Below the pieces are notes generated by a model, which did not search any database, was not told where the DNA came from, and saw nothing but the letters and a program-made list of their open reading frames with translations. From an uncultured Flavobacteriales bacterium (GTDB taxonomy: Bacteria > Bacteroidota > Bacteroidia > Flavobacteriales > BACL11), in NCBI GenBank assembly GCA_905478185.1, contig CAJQHO010000025.1, forward strand, positions 15,499 to 79,498: DNA of 64,000 nt. Direction: 5' to 3'. Shown piece after piece: positions 1-9,374 of the stretch. Both the position numbers and the translations under genes were made by a program. Positions within the stretch are counted from its first letter, which is position 1. Every line of letters starts with the position of its first letter.

Positions 1-1016
1 TTTCAGAAGTAACTATTGAAGGAGAAATTGAGGAAGGTGGTATTTTTATTTCTGATTTTAATGGTACAATTTATCCCACAATTTATGATAAAGAACTTAT
101 TAAAACAACTTTAGGGCAAGAGAGTTGTACTCCTATGCCTTACCGAGATCAAAATAATATTTTATATAAAGGTGCTGCAACAGTAAAAGATGGAGAATTC
201 TCTTTTTCTTTTATCGTCCCTAAAGATATTGCTTATAATTATGGTGCTGGTAAAATCTCGTATTATGCTGTAAGTGATGATGAAATTCCTGTTGATGCAA
301 GTGGAAGTGAAAAGGAATTTGTAATTGGTGGAAGTGCTGATAATGTTGTTTATGATTATGATGAAGCAGAATTGAGTCTTTTTATTAATACTCGAACTTT
401 TAAAGATGGAGGAGTAACTGATGAAAACCCTGTTTTGTTAGCTGATATATTTGATGAGAGTGGAATAAACACGGTTGGAAACGGAATTGGACATGATATT
501 ACTGCTGTGTTGGATGGAAACACTGCTAATCCTTATGTGTTAAATGATTTTTATGAAGCAGCAAAAGATGATTTTACAAAAGGAATAATCAATTTTCCAT
601 TCTATAATTTGGAAAAAGGAGAACATACGCTCACCTTAAAGGTTTGGGATGTATTTAATAATTCTTCTGAAGCAACAATTAGTTTTTTCGTTTCTGATGA
701 AAATGAATTTACAATTGCTGATTATATTACTTACCCCAATCCATTTTCTACTTCTACTGATATTTATTTCCAGCATAATAAACCAAACCAAAATTTGGGT
801 GTAGTGCTTGAGATTTACTCTATCACTGGCGTTTTAGTAAAGCAATTTGAAGAAACTTATACCGATAATGGTTATAGAATTGGTCCTATTAATTGGAATG
901 GAAAAGATGAGTATGGAGGGCAAATTAGTGCAGGTATGTATATTGCAAAATTGGATGTTTATTCTGATGATGGAGATTTTACCTCAAAATCTATCAGAAT
1001 TATACTAATGCCTTAA
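1..1016 (+). CDS. porU: T9SS sortase PorU, C-terminal part (gene starts upstream of window)
   Basis: Frame 3 is open from base 3 (SEVTIEGEIEEGG...), so the 5' end lies outside the window. It sits directly upstream of porV, as is usual in Bacteroidota. The C-terminus looks like a T9SS CTD (ITYPNPFSTSTDIYF...GMYIAKLDVY...IRIILMP). Confidence 0.7.
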   Translation, partial: SEVTIEGEIEEGGIFISDFNGTIYPTIYDKELIKTTLGQESCTPMPYRDQNNILYKGAATVKDGEFSFSFIVPKDIAYNYGAGKISYYAVSDDEIPVDASGSEKEFVIGGSADNVVYDYDEAELSLFINTRTFKDGGVTDENPVLLADIFDESGINTVGNGIGHDITAVLDGNTANPYVLNDFYEAAKDDFTKGIINFPFYNLEKGEHTLTLKVWDVFNNSSEATISFFVSDENEFTIADYITYPNPFSTSTDIYFQHNKPNQNLGVVLEIYSITGVLVKQFEETYTDNGYRIGPINWNGKDEYGGQISAGMYIAKLDVYSDDGDFTSKSIRIILMP

Positions 1017-1047
1017 TAAATGCGTTTAATCACACAATAAAAAGAAG

Positions 1048-1055
1048 TATATTTG
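1048..1055 (+). promoter_or_regulatory. Bacteroidota -7 promoter box (TAnnTTTG) for porV
   Basis: TATATTTG, 17 nt before the ATG. Confidence 0.4.
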
Positions 1056-1072
1056 CAAACTAAATTTTAAAA

Positions 1073-2254
1073 ATGAAACAACTAATTGGAATTTTAAGTG
1101 CATCATTAATGATGTTTTCTGCTTTTCCTCAAGGAAATGAGATTGATTATAGTGATTTGACAGGTGGTTTAAATACAATTACAACTGCTGTTCCTTTTTT
1201 AATGATATCTCCAGATTCTAAAGCTGGTGCAATGGGTGATGTTGGAGTCGCAACTACTCCTGATGCAAATTCTATGCATTGGAATCCTGCAAAACTTGCT
1301 TTTACTAAAGATGATATGGGAGCTTCTGTGTCTTATGTTCCATGGTTAAGAGCTTTAGTTCCAGATATTAATTTGTCATATTTAGCAGGTTATAAAAAGT
1401 TAGATGATAATCAAGCAGTTGGTTTAGAAATGCGTTATTTTTCATTGGGTGACATTACTTTTACTGATATACAGGGTATTACAATTGGGCAATATAAGCC
1501 ATACGAATTAGCTTTAGGAAGTTCGTATGCTAGAAAATTGTCAGATCAATTTTCATTAGCAATTTCTGGTAGATATATTTATTCTAACCTGACAGGTGGG
1601 CAATCAATAGGCGATTTTAAGACTGTCGCAGGGCAATCAGTTGCTGCTGATTTAGCAGGGTATTATGCAAAACCAATCAGAATGGTCGGACAGGATATAG
1701 ATTTAGGTGTTGGTTTAAATATTTCAAATATTGGAAGTAAGGTGTCATATTCTACTGACAGTCCTATTAGAGATTTTATTCCAATTAATTTAAGATTGGG
1801 AACTGCATTAGGTGCTGATATTGATGATTATAATAAAATATCTCTTGCTTTTGATATTAATAAGTTATTAGTTCCAACTCCACCTATTACTGATAATGGA
1901 GACATAAAATTAGGACAAAGTTCTGATGTTGGAGTGGTGTCTGGAATTTTTCAGTCATTTGGAGATGCGCCAGGTGGTTTTAGTGAGGAGATGAGAGAGA
2001 TAAATTACTCAATTGGAACTGAGTACTGGTACGCAAATCAGTTTGCTTTAAGAGCTGGTTACTTCTTTGAGCATTCTACTAAAGGGGGAAGAAAGTTCCT
2101 GACTTTTGGTTCAGGTGTTAAGTATAGTGCATTTACCCTTGATTTTTCTTATTTAGTAAATGCCAATAATGATGCTGGAGCAACAAACCCTTTAGCAAAT
2201 ACAATGCGATTTTCTATGATATGGAATTTCGGTGCAATGGAAGAAGCTAACTAA
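1073..2254 (+). CDS. porV: T9SS outer-membrane shuttle/channel protein PorV (LptO)
   Basis: Signal peptide followed by the typical PorV N-terminal motif (TAVPFLMISPDSKAGAMGDVGVATTPDANSMHWNPAKLAF). Beta-barrel-like alternating sequence. Adjacent to porU. Confidence 0.85.
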   Translation: MKQLIGILSASLMMFSAFPQGNEIDYSDLTGGLNTITTAVPFLMISPDSKAGAMGDVGVATTPDANSMHWNPAKLAFTKDDMGASVSYVPWLRALVPDINLSYLAGYKKLDDNQAVGLEMRYFSLGDITFTDIQGITIGQYKPYELALGSSYARKLSDQFSLAISGRYIYSNLTGGQSIGDFKTVAGQSVAADLAGYYAKPIRMVGQDIDLGVGLNISNIGSKVSYSTDSPIRDFIPINLRLGTALGADIDDYNKISLAFDINKLLVPTPPITDNGDIKLGQSSDVGVVSGIFQSFGDAPGGFSEEMREINYSIGTEYWYANQFALRAGYFFEHSTKGGRKFLTFGSGVKYSAFTLDFSYLVNANNDAGATNPLANTMRFSMIWNFGAMEEAN

Positions 2255-2255
2255 A

Positions 2256-2735
2256 ATGAATATAAGAGTCGGTTTTGGTTTTGATGTACATCAGTTAAAA
2301 GAAGGTTTAGACTTTTGGCTTGGTGGAATTATTGTCCCACATACAAAAGGAGGTCTTGGCCATTCGGATGCTGATGTTTTAATTCATACCATTTGTGATG
2401 CATTATTAGGAGCTGCAAATCTTGGGGATATTGGAAAACACTTCCCTGATACTGATCCAAAATACAAAGGAGTGGATAGCAAGTTATTGCTTAAAGAAGT
2501 AATTAAACTTATCAGAGAAAAAGGGTATGAATTAGGTAATGTTGATGCTACAATTTGCTTACAAACACCAAAAATTGGACCTTACATCCCTAAAATGCAA
2601 AAAGTACTTGCTGATTGTATGAGTGTAGATACTGATTTAGTTTCAATAAAAGCTACTACTACTGAAAAATTAAGTTTTGTTGGTAGAGAAGAAGGAGTTT
2701 CTGCTTATGCAACTGTTTTGATTCAAAAGTTTTAA
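2256..2735 (+). CDS. ispF: 2-C-methyl-D-erythritol 2,4-cyclodiphosphate synthase
   Basis: MNIRVGFGFDVHQL...GHSDADVLIHTICDALLGAANLGDIGKHFPDTD is the IspF signature. ATG at 2256 is preferred over the longer track ORF, which overlaps porV. Confidence 0.95.
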   Translation: MNIRVGFGFDVHQLKEGLDFWLGGIIVPHTKGGLGHSDADVLIHTICDALLGAANLGDIGKHFPDTDPKYKGVDSKLLLKEVIKLIREKGYELGNVDATICLQTPKIGPYIPKMQKVLADCMSVDTDLVSIKATTTEKLSFVGREEGVSAYATVLIQKF

Positions 2736-3211
2736 AAACCTAAATTTTCTTTCTTTTTATCATCTCTTAAATAGACTTGCATTTTTGCTTTTGCACAAAC
2801 AATTCCTTTTTTGTTAATGGCTTCCACTGTGTGCCATATTTCAAATTTACTATTTTCATCCAAAGTCTTTTCAGCTAACAATATATCTTCCTCAGTAATT
2901 TTAAAATGAAGTTTTAATGATGAATCAGCAGGGCGTAAATATTGTATTTCAGCAGATTTTAACCAGATAATTAGTTTCCTATTTTTGTTTGCGAAAATAT
3001 GATAATACATAGTAGGAAAGTAAGGGTCACAAGCTGAAAAGATACTTCCTCCAAAAATAGTTTTATGAAAATTTATATTAAAAAGAGCTCGTCTTAATAC
3101 TACTTTCATCTCCAAGAAATCATCAGAAATTTCCTTTAACACTATTCTGTTAAATAATAATGGAGGGAAAATATTCATTACAAATTTGAGTAAAATTTTT
3201 GGCACTTGCAT
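2732..3211 (-). CDS. DUF4442 / YiiD C-terminal-type hotdog-fold thioesterase-like protein
   Basis: Family-level resemblance (FHKTIFGGSIFSACDPYFPTMYY...). ATG at 3211 is preferred because a TATTTTTG box lies 4 nt upstream, inside the longer ORF. Confidence 0.55.
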   Translation of the reverse strand: MQVPKILLKFVMNIFPPLLFNRIVLKEISDDFLEMKVVLRRALFNINFHKTIFGGSIFSACDPYFPTMYYHIFANKNRKLIIWLKSAEIQYLRPADSSLKLHFKITEEDILLAEKTLDENSKFEIWHTVEAINKKGIVCAKAKMQVYLRDDKKKENLGF

Positions 3212-3215
3212 ATTG

Positions 3216-3223
3216 CAAAAATA
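3216..3223 (-). promoter_or_regulatory. -7 box (TAnnTTTG), 4 nt before the thioesterase-like gene start
   Basis: Minus strand TATTTTTG-CAAT-ATG. Confidence 0.45.
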
Positions 3224-3252
3224 AAAAACCCCACTCAAAAAGAGTAGGGTTT
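3222..3252 (-). terminator. intrinsic terminator after the peroxiredoxin gene
   Basis: Minus strand AACCCTACTC-TTTTT-GAGTGGGGTT (one mismatch) followed by TTTTTT. The T-run merges into the next gene's TATTTTTG box. Confidence 0.6.
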
Positions 3253-3274
3253 TAAAATTTAGATTTTAATTTAC

Positions 3275-3907
3275 TTAGTGTTTAGCTAAATAATCAGCTA
3301 CACTTTCGTGTGTTCCTTTCATAGCGTCATCACCTTTACTCCAGTTTGCAGGACAAACTTCTCCATTTTCTTCAAAATGTTGTAATGCATCAACCATTCT
3401 TAAAGCCTCATCAACATTTCTTCCTAATGGGAAATTATTAACGATTTGATGTTGTACGATTCCATTTTTATCAATTAAAAAAAGTCCTCTGTAAGCAATC
3501 ATTGGTCCTGTTGCGCACATATTTTCATTTTCATCTAATTCATAATCTCCAGCTAATACCCCAAAGTTTGCTGAAATTGTTTTAGAAGTATCAGCAACTA
3601 AAGGATAAGTAATTCCTTTAATACCACCTTCTGATTTATCCATTTGTAACCATCCCCAATGTGATTGTTCTGTATCTGTTGAGCAAGCAACTACTTCTAC
3701 TCCTCTTGCTTCAAATTCAGCTAATTTATTTTGAAATGCAAATAATTCTGTTGGACATACGAAAGTAAAATCCATAGGGTAGAAAAAGAATAATACGGGC
3801 TTTTCCCCTACAAACTGATCTAAAGAATAATCTGCTATAATTTGACCACCTTTTATTACTGCTGATGCAGAAAATGATGGCGCTTTTTTACCTACTAATA
3901 TTGACAT
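3275..3907 (-). CDS. 2-Cys peroxiredoxin (AhpC/Prx1 family)
   Basis: FFFYPMDFTFVCPTEL peroxidatic-Cys motif and a C-terminal resolving Cys (GEVCPANW). Confidence 0.9.
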   Translation of the reverse strand: MSILVGKKAPSFSASAVIKGGQIIADYSLDQFVGEKPVLFFFYPMDFTFVCPTELFAFQNKLAEFEARGVEVVACSTDTEQSHWGWLQMDKSEGGIKGITYPLVADTSKTISANFGVLAGDYELDENENMCATGPMIAYRGLFLIDKNGIVQHQIVNNFPLGRNVDEALRMVDALQHFEENGEVCPANWSKGDDAMKGTHESVADYLAKH

Positions 3908-3939
3908 AATTTTTTATTTTTTGATTATTAAAACTCGGG

Positions 3940-3947
3940 CAAAAATA
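3940..3947 (-). promoter_or_regulatory. -7 box (TAnnTTTG) for the peroxiredoxin gene
   Basis: Minus strand TATTTTTG upstream of the ATG at 3907. Confidence 0.45.
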
Positions 3948-3967
3948 ATACAAAATAAGGAGAAACC

Positions 3968-4495
3968 TTATATTTTGGATAGAATAAAAGCAGTTCGTTC
4001 ATTAACTGTTAATTTAGGGACTTCCACTAAAGTATAACCAAAGGATTGGTAAGTAGTGAGTAAAACTTTTTCTATGTTTTTTGCAGTGATAATATCTTCT
4101 TTTCTTTCACTGTCATTTGTATAGATTTCTGTCCAAATAGGGGTATAAAAAACAGTTTTGTTGTAAGGGAATTGTTTTGCCATTTCCATGATGTCATTAT
4201 TAACCGCTAGGTTATCATGTTTTAAGTAAGCTATTACATCAATAATTCCTCTATCAAAAAAATAAGTTTTACCTTTTGGGGCATTAGTATGTTGTGCTTT
4301 CCTAAGAGCTATTACTTGCTGAGAAAAAGCAGCTAAGTTTTTCCATGGTAAAGCATCTCCACCACTTGCAATCTCTTGCGTTATTATTGTTCTAGAAATT
4401 TCCTCAGCACATGAATGACCTTCTTTTTTGAGTGCATTAATAATTGCAGTTTTACCTGTTCCAGGAGCTCCAGTTATGATGTATTTTTGATTCAC
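3968..4495 (-). CDS. AAA_28-type P-loop ATPase (NadR C-terminal-like)
   Basis: Walker A motif ITGAPGTGKTA at the N-terminus. Small size and overall pattern fit the family. Confidence 0.55.
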   Translation of the reverse strand: MNQKYIITGAPGTGKTAIINALKKEGHSCAEEISRTIITQEIASGGDALPWKNLAAFSQQVIALRKAQHTNAPKGKTYFFDRGIIDVIAYLKHDNLAVNNDIMEMAKQFPYNKTVFYTPIWTEIYTNDSERKEDIITAKNIEKVLLTTYQSFGYTLVEVPKLTVNERTAFILSKI

Positions 4496-4496
4496 T

Positions 4497-5198
4497 TTAA
4501 AGGCTTAAGTAAGCAATTGCTGCCCCTAACAAAATAGCAAAAATCTTTTTTGAATTGAATTTATGTCCTTCACTGCTTTCAAATAATATTGTTGTTGAAA
4601 TATGAAGGAAAATCCCAATAACTACTGCCATTATTTCATTATGAAATGCTGCTAAATCAGCAAAAAGACTTCCTGAAAAAACCCCAAGAGGAGACATTAA
4701 TGCAAAAAGTAACAAATAGAAATAAGCTCTTGTTTTACTTATATTGCTTTGAAGGAATATTGTCATCAAAACAATAGCGACTGGCATTTTATGCAATACA
4801 ATTCCAGTAAGTAAGGCATTATGTGCATGATGATGAAGATGTCCTCCTAAAGGGACACCCTCTAGTAATGCATGCAGGCAAAGGCTAATGAGTACTGAAA
4901 AAGGTATAGCATTACTTTTGAGAAAATGCCCGTGCTCTATTCCTTGTGAAAAATATTCTAACAAAATCTGGATTAAGAAACCTCCTAATATAAAGAGTCC
5001 AATGTTTGGGGTGTCATTATGATGGAATATCTCAGGCAATAAATGTAAAACACTTACTGCTAGTAGGTAAGCCCCACTAAAAGTAAGTAATAGTTGGATG
5101 TTTCTGCTTTTTTCAGGTTTAAAAATTTCAACTATAATTGCTCCAGCAATTACAGATGCAAATAATAGTCCTAGTGTTATTAAATTCATTTCTTGCAA
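4497..5198 (-). CDS. ZIP family metal (Zn/Fe) transporter
   Basis: Polytopic membrane protein with His-rich loops (HGHF, HLHHHAH) and ZIP-like LEGVPLG / HKMPVAI motifs. Confidence 0.7.
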   Translation of the reverse strand: MQEMNLITLGLLFASVIAGAIIVEIFKPEKSRNIQLLLTFSGAYLLAVSVLHLLPEIFHHNDTPNIGLFILGGFLIQILLEYFSQGIEHGHFLKSNAIPFSVLISLCLHALLEGVPLGGHLHHHAHNALLTGIVLHKMPVAIVLMTIFLQSNISKTRAYFYLLLFALMSPLGVFSGSLFADLAAFHNEIMAVVIGIFLHISTTILFESSEGHKFNSKKIFAILLGAAIAYLSL

Positions 5199-5908
5199 AT
5201 TAGTATTAAACGATCAGCAATGTTATCTTCAAAACTGTCCAATTTATAATTGCCAAAGATATCAATAATTTTTAGCCCTGCATTGCTGATAAATTCAGAA
5301 TAATCAGCTAATGTTATTGCCTTTACTTTTTCTTGAAAATGCTGTTTTTTTGTTCCATCAATAATCTCAATATCTTTAATGATGTGCCCATTTTCTACTT
5401 TTCGTGTTATATTGAATACAATATTATCAATTGTTTTCTGTTCCTTGGGTACTAAGTTCGTAATTACCTTTTTTACATTCATAAAATCAATAATTAAAAA
5501 TCCTCCTGACTTTAAGTTTGTAGCCATAGCATTTATTGCTTTTTGCTCATCTTCCTCTTTTTCAAAATAACCAAAAGAAGTAAACAGGTTAGTTGCAATA
5601 TCAAAGTTATTTTTTTGATACACCTCACGCATATCGTGCACAGTAAATTGCAAAGTTGCATTTTCATTTTTTGTGGCAGTAGCTATGCTGTTGGGCGATA
5701 AATCCACCCCAGTAACATCTAATCCTAAGGAATTAAAATAAGTGGCATGTCTGCCTTTTCCGCAAGCAATATCTATGAGGGTGCTTCCTTGGGGGATTTG
5801 TAAGTGCTGTACTAAATTATCAATAAAAAGTTCTGCTTCTTTTTCATCTCTATTTTTATAGAGGATATGGTAATAGGAGGAATCAAACCAGTTTGCAAAC
5901 CAACTCAT
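5186..5908 (-). CDS. class I SAM-dependent methyltransferase
   Basis: SAM-binding motif I LIDIACGKGRH, followed by DVTGVDLS. Confidence 0.8.
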   Translation of the reverse strand: MSWFANWFDSSYYHILYKNRDEKEAELFIDNLVQHLQIPQGSTLIDIACGKGRHATYFNSLGLDVTGVDLSPNSIATATKNENATLQFTVHDMREVYQKNNFDIATNLFTSFGYFEKEEDEQKAINAMATNLKSGGFLIIDFMNVKKVITNLVPKEQKTIDNIVFNITRKVENGHIIKDIEIIDGTKKQHFQEKVKAITLADYSEFISNAGLKIIDIFGNYKLDSFEDNIADRLILICKK

Positions 5909-5991
5909 AATTGTTCTTTTAATTTTTTAGGCATTTCTTCTGTTGTTCCTTTAAACGAAAGAAAATGTTCTCTGAAATGGTCAAGGGTCAT
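5905..5991 (-). CDS. 28-aa ORF resembling the N-terminus of an MmcQ/YjbR-family protein (possible gene remnant)
   Basis: Hand translation gives MTLDHFREHFLSFKGTTEEMPKKLKEQL*. It starts 2 nt after the rlmB stop and ends in ATGA overlapping the methyltransferase start. The first ~21 aa fit the family N-terminal pattern (..R..LS.KG.TEE.P). Confidence 0.25.
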   Translation of the reverse strand: MTLDHFREHFLSFKGTTEEMPKKLKEQL

Positions 5992-5992
5992 A

Positions 5993-6736
5993 TTACCCTC
6001 TCTGTCTTATTGCTTCATATAAAATAACACCAGTAGCAACCGAAACATTTAAGGAAGCAATTTTTCCAGCCAAAGGAATCTTAGCTCTTGCATCACACAT
6101 TTTCAAAAACTCAGGAGAAACACCATCTTCTTCCGAACCTATAATAATAGCAGTAGGAGTTGTATAATCCGCTTTGTACATGTCGTCCTGAGTTTTTTCA
6201 GTACAACCAACCAATTGTATGCCACTTTCTTTCATGAATTGTATCGCTAATTTCAAATTCCAAGTACGGCAAACCGTGATTTTATGCAAGGCTCCAGCTG
6301 AGGTTTTTATCGCATCCGCATTAATGGCAGCAGCATTTTGTTCAGGAATTATAATTGCATCTACTCCAGTACATTCGGCAGTACGGGCAATCGCCCCAAA
6401 ATTTCTTACATCTGTAATTCTGTCCAATACTAATATCAAAGGATTTTTTCCTTGTTCGTAAAGTGCAGGAACAACATCTTCAATGTTATGAAAATCAATA
6501 GGAGAGATAAACGCAAAAACCCCTTGATGATTTTTTCTTGTCAAACGATTAATTTTCTCTACAGGAACATGTTTGTAGTTTATTCTCTTTTCGCGAACCA
6601 ATTTCCAGAGTTCTGCAAACAAATCGTTATGCAATCCTTTTTGGATAAATAGTTTGTCAATTGTTTTTCCGGCTTCAACTGCTTCAATTATGGCACGAAT
6701 ACCAAATATGTAATTTTTTTCTTCTGTGTTAGGCAT
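5993..6736 (-). CDS. rlmB: 23S rRNA (guanosine-2'-O)-methyltransferase RlmB (SpoU/TrmH family)
   Basis: SpoU motifs (LVLDRITDVRNFGAIARTAECTGVDAIII, IIIGSEEDGVS, LNVSVATGVILYE). ATG at 6736 (MPNTEEKNYIFG) is preferred. Confidence 0.85.
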   Translation of the reverse strand: MPNTEEKNYIFGIRAIIEAVEAGKTIDKLFIQKGLHNDLFAELWKLVREKRINYKHVPVEKINRLTRKNHQGVFAFISPIDFHNIEDVVPALYEQGKNPLILVLDRITDVRNFGAIARTAECTGVDAIIIPEQNAAAINADAIKTSAGALHKITVCRTWNLKLAIQFMKESGIQLVGCTEKTQDDMYKADYTTPTAIIIGSEEDGVSPEFLKMCDARAKIPLAGKIASLNVSVATGVILYEAIRQRG

Positions 6737-7898
6737 TATTGTCTTCTTTAAACTTAATTTGAGTGGTAATCTCAGGTATATCTCTGAGTTCAATTTCTTT
6801 TTGTATTTCTTCTGACTTTTCTTTTAAATCCTTTGTTAGAATTTGCTTCTTTCTTTTTTCCATTGGAGGGTTTAGTTTTTCAGCATTTTCAAACTGAATA
6901 ACACTTTCCAAGATATCTGTGGGTAATTGTTTTGCTTTTTGAAGTGTGTCTAAAAATTCCTCTGCAAAAAACTGGTCAATTTGTATTCTTCTTTTGGTAG
7001 TATGGGCAAATTTTCCGATAATCCTACATACATTATCTCGCTCTTCAGGACTTAATTTATCTGCAAATTCATACTCTTCAATCTTTTTAAGGCTTAGGAT
7101 TATTGGCTCCAAAGCATCTTTTGTAATAATATACACATTGTAGTTACCAATATTATAGGTGAATTGGTTAATTACTGAAAGTGTGTTAGAAGGAATTACT
7201 AGAAATAAATCCTTTTTTACATTATCGTGTTTTGCGTATTTTTTTAGATTTTCAGTTTGTAATTTGATGTATTTTGGAAAGTTACTTAAATCATCATTAG
7301 CTGGGCTTTTTGCATCAAAAACAATTAGTTGATCCATAATTTCAATGGAATTATCAGGTTTGTTTCTTGGATGAGGAAAATCTTCCTGTCCGATATATTC
7401 AATAACATGGTTGTTACAGATAATTCTAATATGATTTTCAATATCCCTTTCATGTTCTCCCCATTTGAGTTTCATGTTTTCTAATCTTTCCTGCTCTTTT
7501 TTAACACGCTCGTCATTAACTCTGGCAATTTCTGTTCTAAGACTATCTTGTAATGTGTTTGTTGATTCAATTGATTTTCTCAGAGTTTCATTTCTGTTTT
7601 CTTCTTCTTCTTTTAGTTTAGTATTTTCATTTCTTAAATTATTTTTGTCTAACTCAACTAGTTTTAATCTTTCTTCAATTTGAGTCTTTTCCGTTTTTAA
7701 TTGCTCAAAAGATGTCATTTTCGCATTTAATAAGCCTTCTGATTTTTGTATCTGATTAATTATTTCTTCTTTTGATGCAACTGATTTTTCTAACTCTGTA
7801 ATTTTCTTTCCATAATCTATAGTATCGCTTTCAAATGATTTTTTAAAATAAGTTGCTAAAGCGATAATAATAAGTAATCCGAGTAATCCTATTTCCAT
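6729..7898 (-). CDS. RmuC-like DNA recombination protein (TM anchor, coiled coil, nuclease-like C-terminal domain)
   Basis: N-terminal TM helix and a long E/K-rich coiled coil. The C-terminal LIVFDAKSP...DLFLVIPSN resembles the RmuC core. Confidence 0.45.
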   Translation of the reverse strand: MEIGLLGLLIIIALATYFKKSFESDTIDYGKKITELEKSVASKEEIINQIQKSEGLLNAKMTSFEQLKTEKTQIEERLKLVELDKNNLRNENTKLKEEEENRNETLRKSIESTNTLQDSLRTEIARVNDERVKKEQERLENMKLKWGEHERDIENHIRIICNNHVIEYIGQEDFPHPRNKPDNSIEIMDQLIVFDAKSPANDDLSNFPKYIKLQTENLKKYAKHDNVKKDLFLVIPSNTLSVINQFTYNIGNYNVYIITKDALEPIILSLKKIEEYEFADKLSPEERDNVCRIIGKFAHTTKRRIQIDQFFAEEFLDTLQKAKQLPTDILESVIQFENAEKLNPPMEKRKKQILTKDLKEKSEEIQKEIELRDIPEITTQIKFKEDNNA

Positions 7899-7913
7899 AA
7901 GTAGTTTTTTGAG

Positions 7914-8495
7914 TTATAAAATGAGGACTAAAGTACCAACTTCTATTAGCTTATACAAGTCAATTACTTCTTTATTTTTCATCCTTATACAGCCATGTGA
8001 AGCAGGTTTTCCTAACCTTCCTTCTTCTGATGTTCCGTGTATATAAATGTAGCGGCTAAAGGAATCAATGCCTTTTCCTTTATTCTTACCTTTTTCCAAG
8101 CCCTCTAGCCACAATATTCTACTGGTTATGTCATCAGTTTTGCTTTTTGTTTCATCAGTATATATGGTGGCGATATCGCCATAGAAAACTCTCCCTGTCA
8201 TTCTGCCATTAATAGGGATGTTATCTCCATATTTTTCTTTTACTTTATGTAGTCCAAGTGGTGTTTTATTACTTCCGGATTCACTTCCAGTTCCATATTC
8301 GGATGATGAAATAATGTATTTTTTTACAATTGCACCTTCTTTAATGTGATACATCTTCTGATTTTCAATAGAGACAAAAAGCAGTTCAGAATAATCTGTA
8401 GAAATGTAATTATTTGCTTTTTGGATTATATCTTCTTGGGAAAAAGAAGTGTTATAAAAAAGTAAAATTAGAATAAAGTTAAAGAGTCTGAGCAT
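7914..8495 (-). CDS. L,D-transpeptidase (YkuD domain), secreted
   Basis: Signal peptide. Catalytic motif IHGT...ASHGCIRMKN. Confidence 0.8.
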   Translation of the reverse strand: MLRLFNFILILLFYNTSFSQEDIIQKANNYISTDYSELLFVSIENQKMYHIKEGAIVKKYIISSSEYGTGSESGSNKTPLGLHKVKEKYGDNIPINGRMTGRVFYGDIATIYTDETKSKTDDITSRILWLEGLEKGKNKGKGIDSFSRYIYIHGTSEEGRLGKPASHGCIRMKNKEVIDLYKLIEVGTLVLIL

Positions 8496-9169
8496 AGGTT
8501 CCAGTCAATTGGTTTTTGGTTATTTTTTGTGAGTATCTCATTTGTTTTCGAAAAATGTTTGCATCCTAAAAAGCCTCTATATGCTGAAAAAGGAGAGGGG
8601 TGACTAGTTTCTAAAACGTAATGTTTTTCAGAGTCGATTAAATCTGCTTTTTTCTGAGCAAATGCACCCAAAAGTAAAAATACAACACCTTCTTTCTCTG
8701 CAGATAGTTTTGAAATTACAGCATTAGTAAAATTCTCCCATCCTATTTTCTGATGAGAACCAGCCTCTTTTTCTCTTACGGTAAGAGTAGCGTTTAAAAG
8801 CAATACTCCTTGCCTTGCCCAGCTTGTTAAGTCTCCATTTTCTGATATTGGGATTTTTAAATCAGAGTTTAATTCTTTAAAGATATTGCGTAATGATGGA
8901 GGATTTTTAATTCCATTTGGAACAGAAAAAGAAAGTCCGTGTGCTTGATTTTTTCCATGATAAGGGTCTTGTCCCAGTATTACAACCTTAACTTTTGATA
9001 AAGGTGTCTTATTAAAGGCATAAAAAACTAATTCATTTTTTGGAAAAATGCCAAATCTTTTCCTTTCTAAATCTACTTTTTTTAGCATTAATTTAAATGA
9101 ATCTGACTCAAGTTCATCTTGCAAAAATTCTGTCCAGTCATTATTTAGGTGTAAATTAGTCAAATTCAT
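8468..9169 (-). CDS. ung: uracil-DNA glycosylase
   Basis: VILGQDPYHGKNQAHGLSFSV and HPSPFSA motifs. Confidence 0.93.
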   Translation of the reverse strand: MNLTNLHLNNDWTEFLQDELESDSFKLMLKKVDLERKRFGIFPKNELVFYAFNKTPLSKVKVVILGQDPYHGKNQAHGLSFSVPNGIKNPPSLRNIFKELNSDLKIPISENGDLTSWARQGVLLLNATLTVREKEAGSHQKIGWENFTNAVISKLSAEKEGVVFLLLGAFAQKKADLIDSEKHYVLETSHPSPFSAYRGFLGCKHFSKTNEILTKNNQKPIDWNLCSDSLTLF

Positions 9170-9207
9170 TTTCTTATTTCAAAGATAGCTAATCTTGCTT
9201 AAAAATG

Positions 9208-9215
9208 TATTTTTG
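9208..9215 (+). promoter_or_regulatory. -7 box (TAnnTTTG) upstream of the small lipoprotein ORF and lipA
   Basis: TATTTTTG, 18 nt before the ATG at 9234. Confidence 0.4.
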
Positions 9216-9233
9216 CAACAAACTATTTATAAA

Positions 9234-9347
9234 ATGAAAAAAGTTATTTTTATTCTCTTTGCGATTACTTTACTAAGTTCTTGTGTTGTTAATCGTAATG
9301 CGTGTCCAGGTGTTGCTCAAGTTAATCAGGTAAACACAAATTCTTAA
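9234..9347 (+). CDS. 37-aa putative lipoprotein
   Basis: Hand translation gives MKKVIFILFAITLLSSCVVNRNACPGVAQVNQVNTNS*. It has a lipobox (LLSSC) and a TATTTTTG box 18 nt upstream. Too short for the ORF track. Confidence 0.3.
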   Translation: MKKVIFILFAITLLSSCVVNRNACPGVAQVNQVNTNS

Positions 9348-9374
9348 ATTCTGATTTTGAGTACTTCTGAAGTG

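Noticed and set aside
6219-6652. Plus-strand ORFs of 80 and 66 aa inside rlmB, and similar 60-100-aa ORFs scattered antisense to gatB, lipA, atpD, metH and others.
   Set aside because: All are nested antisense in well-supported genes and lack start context or motifs.
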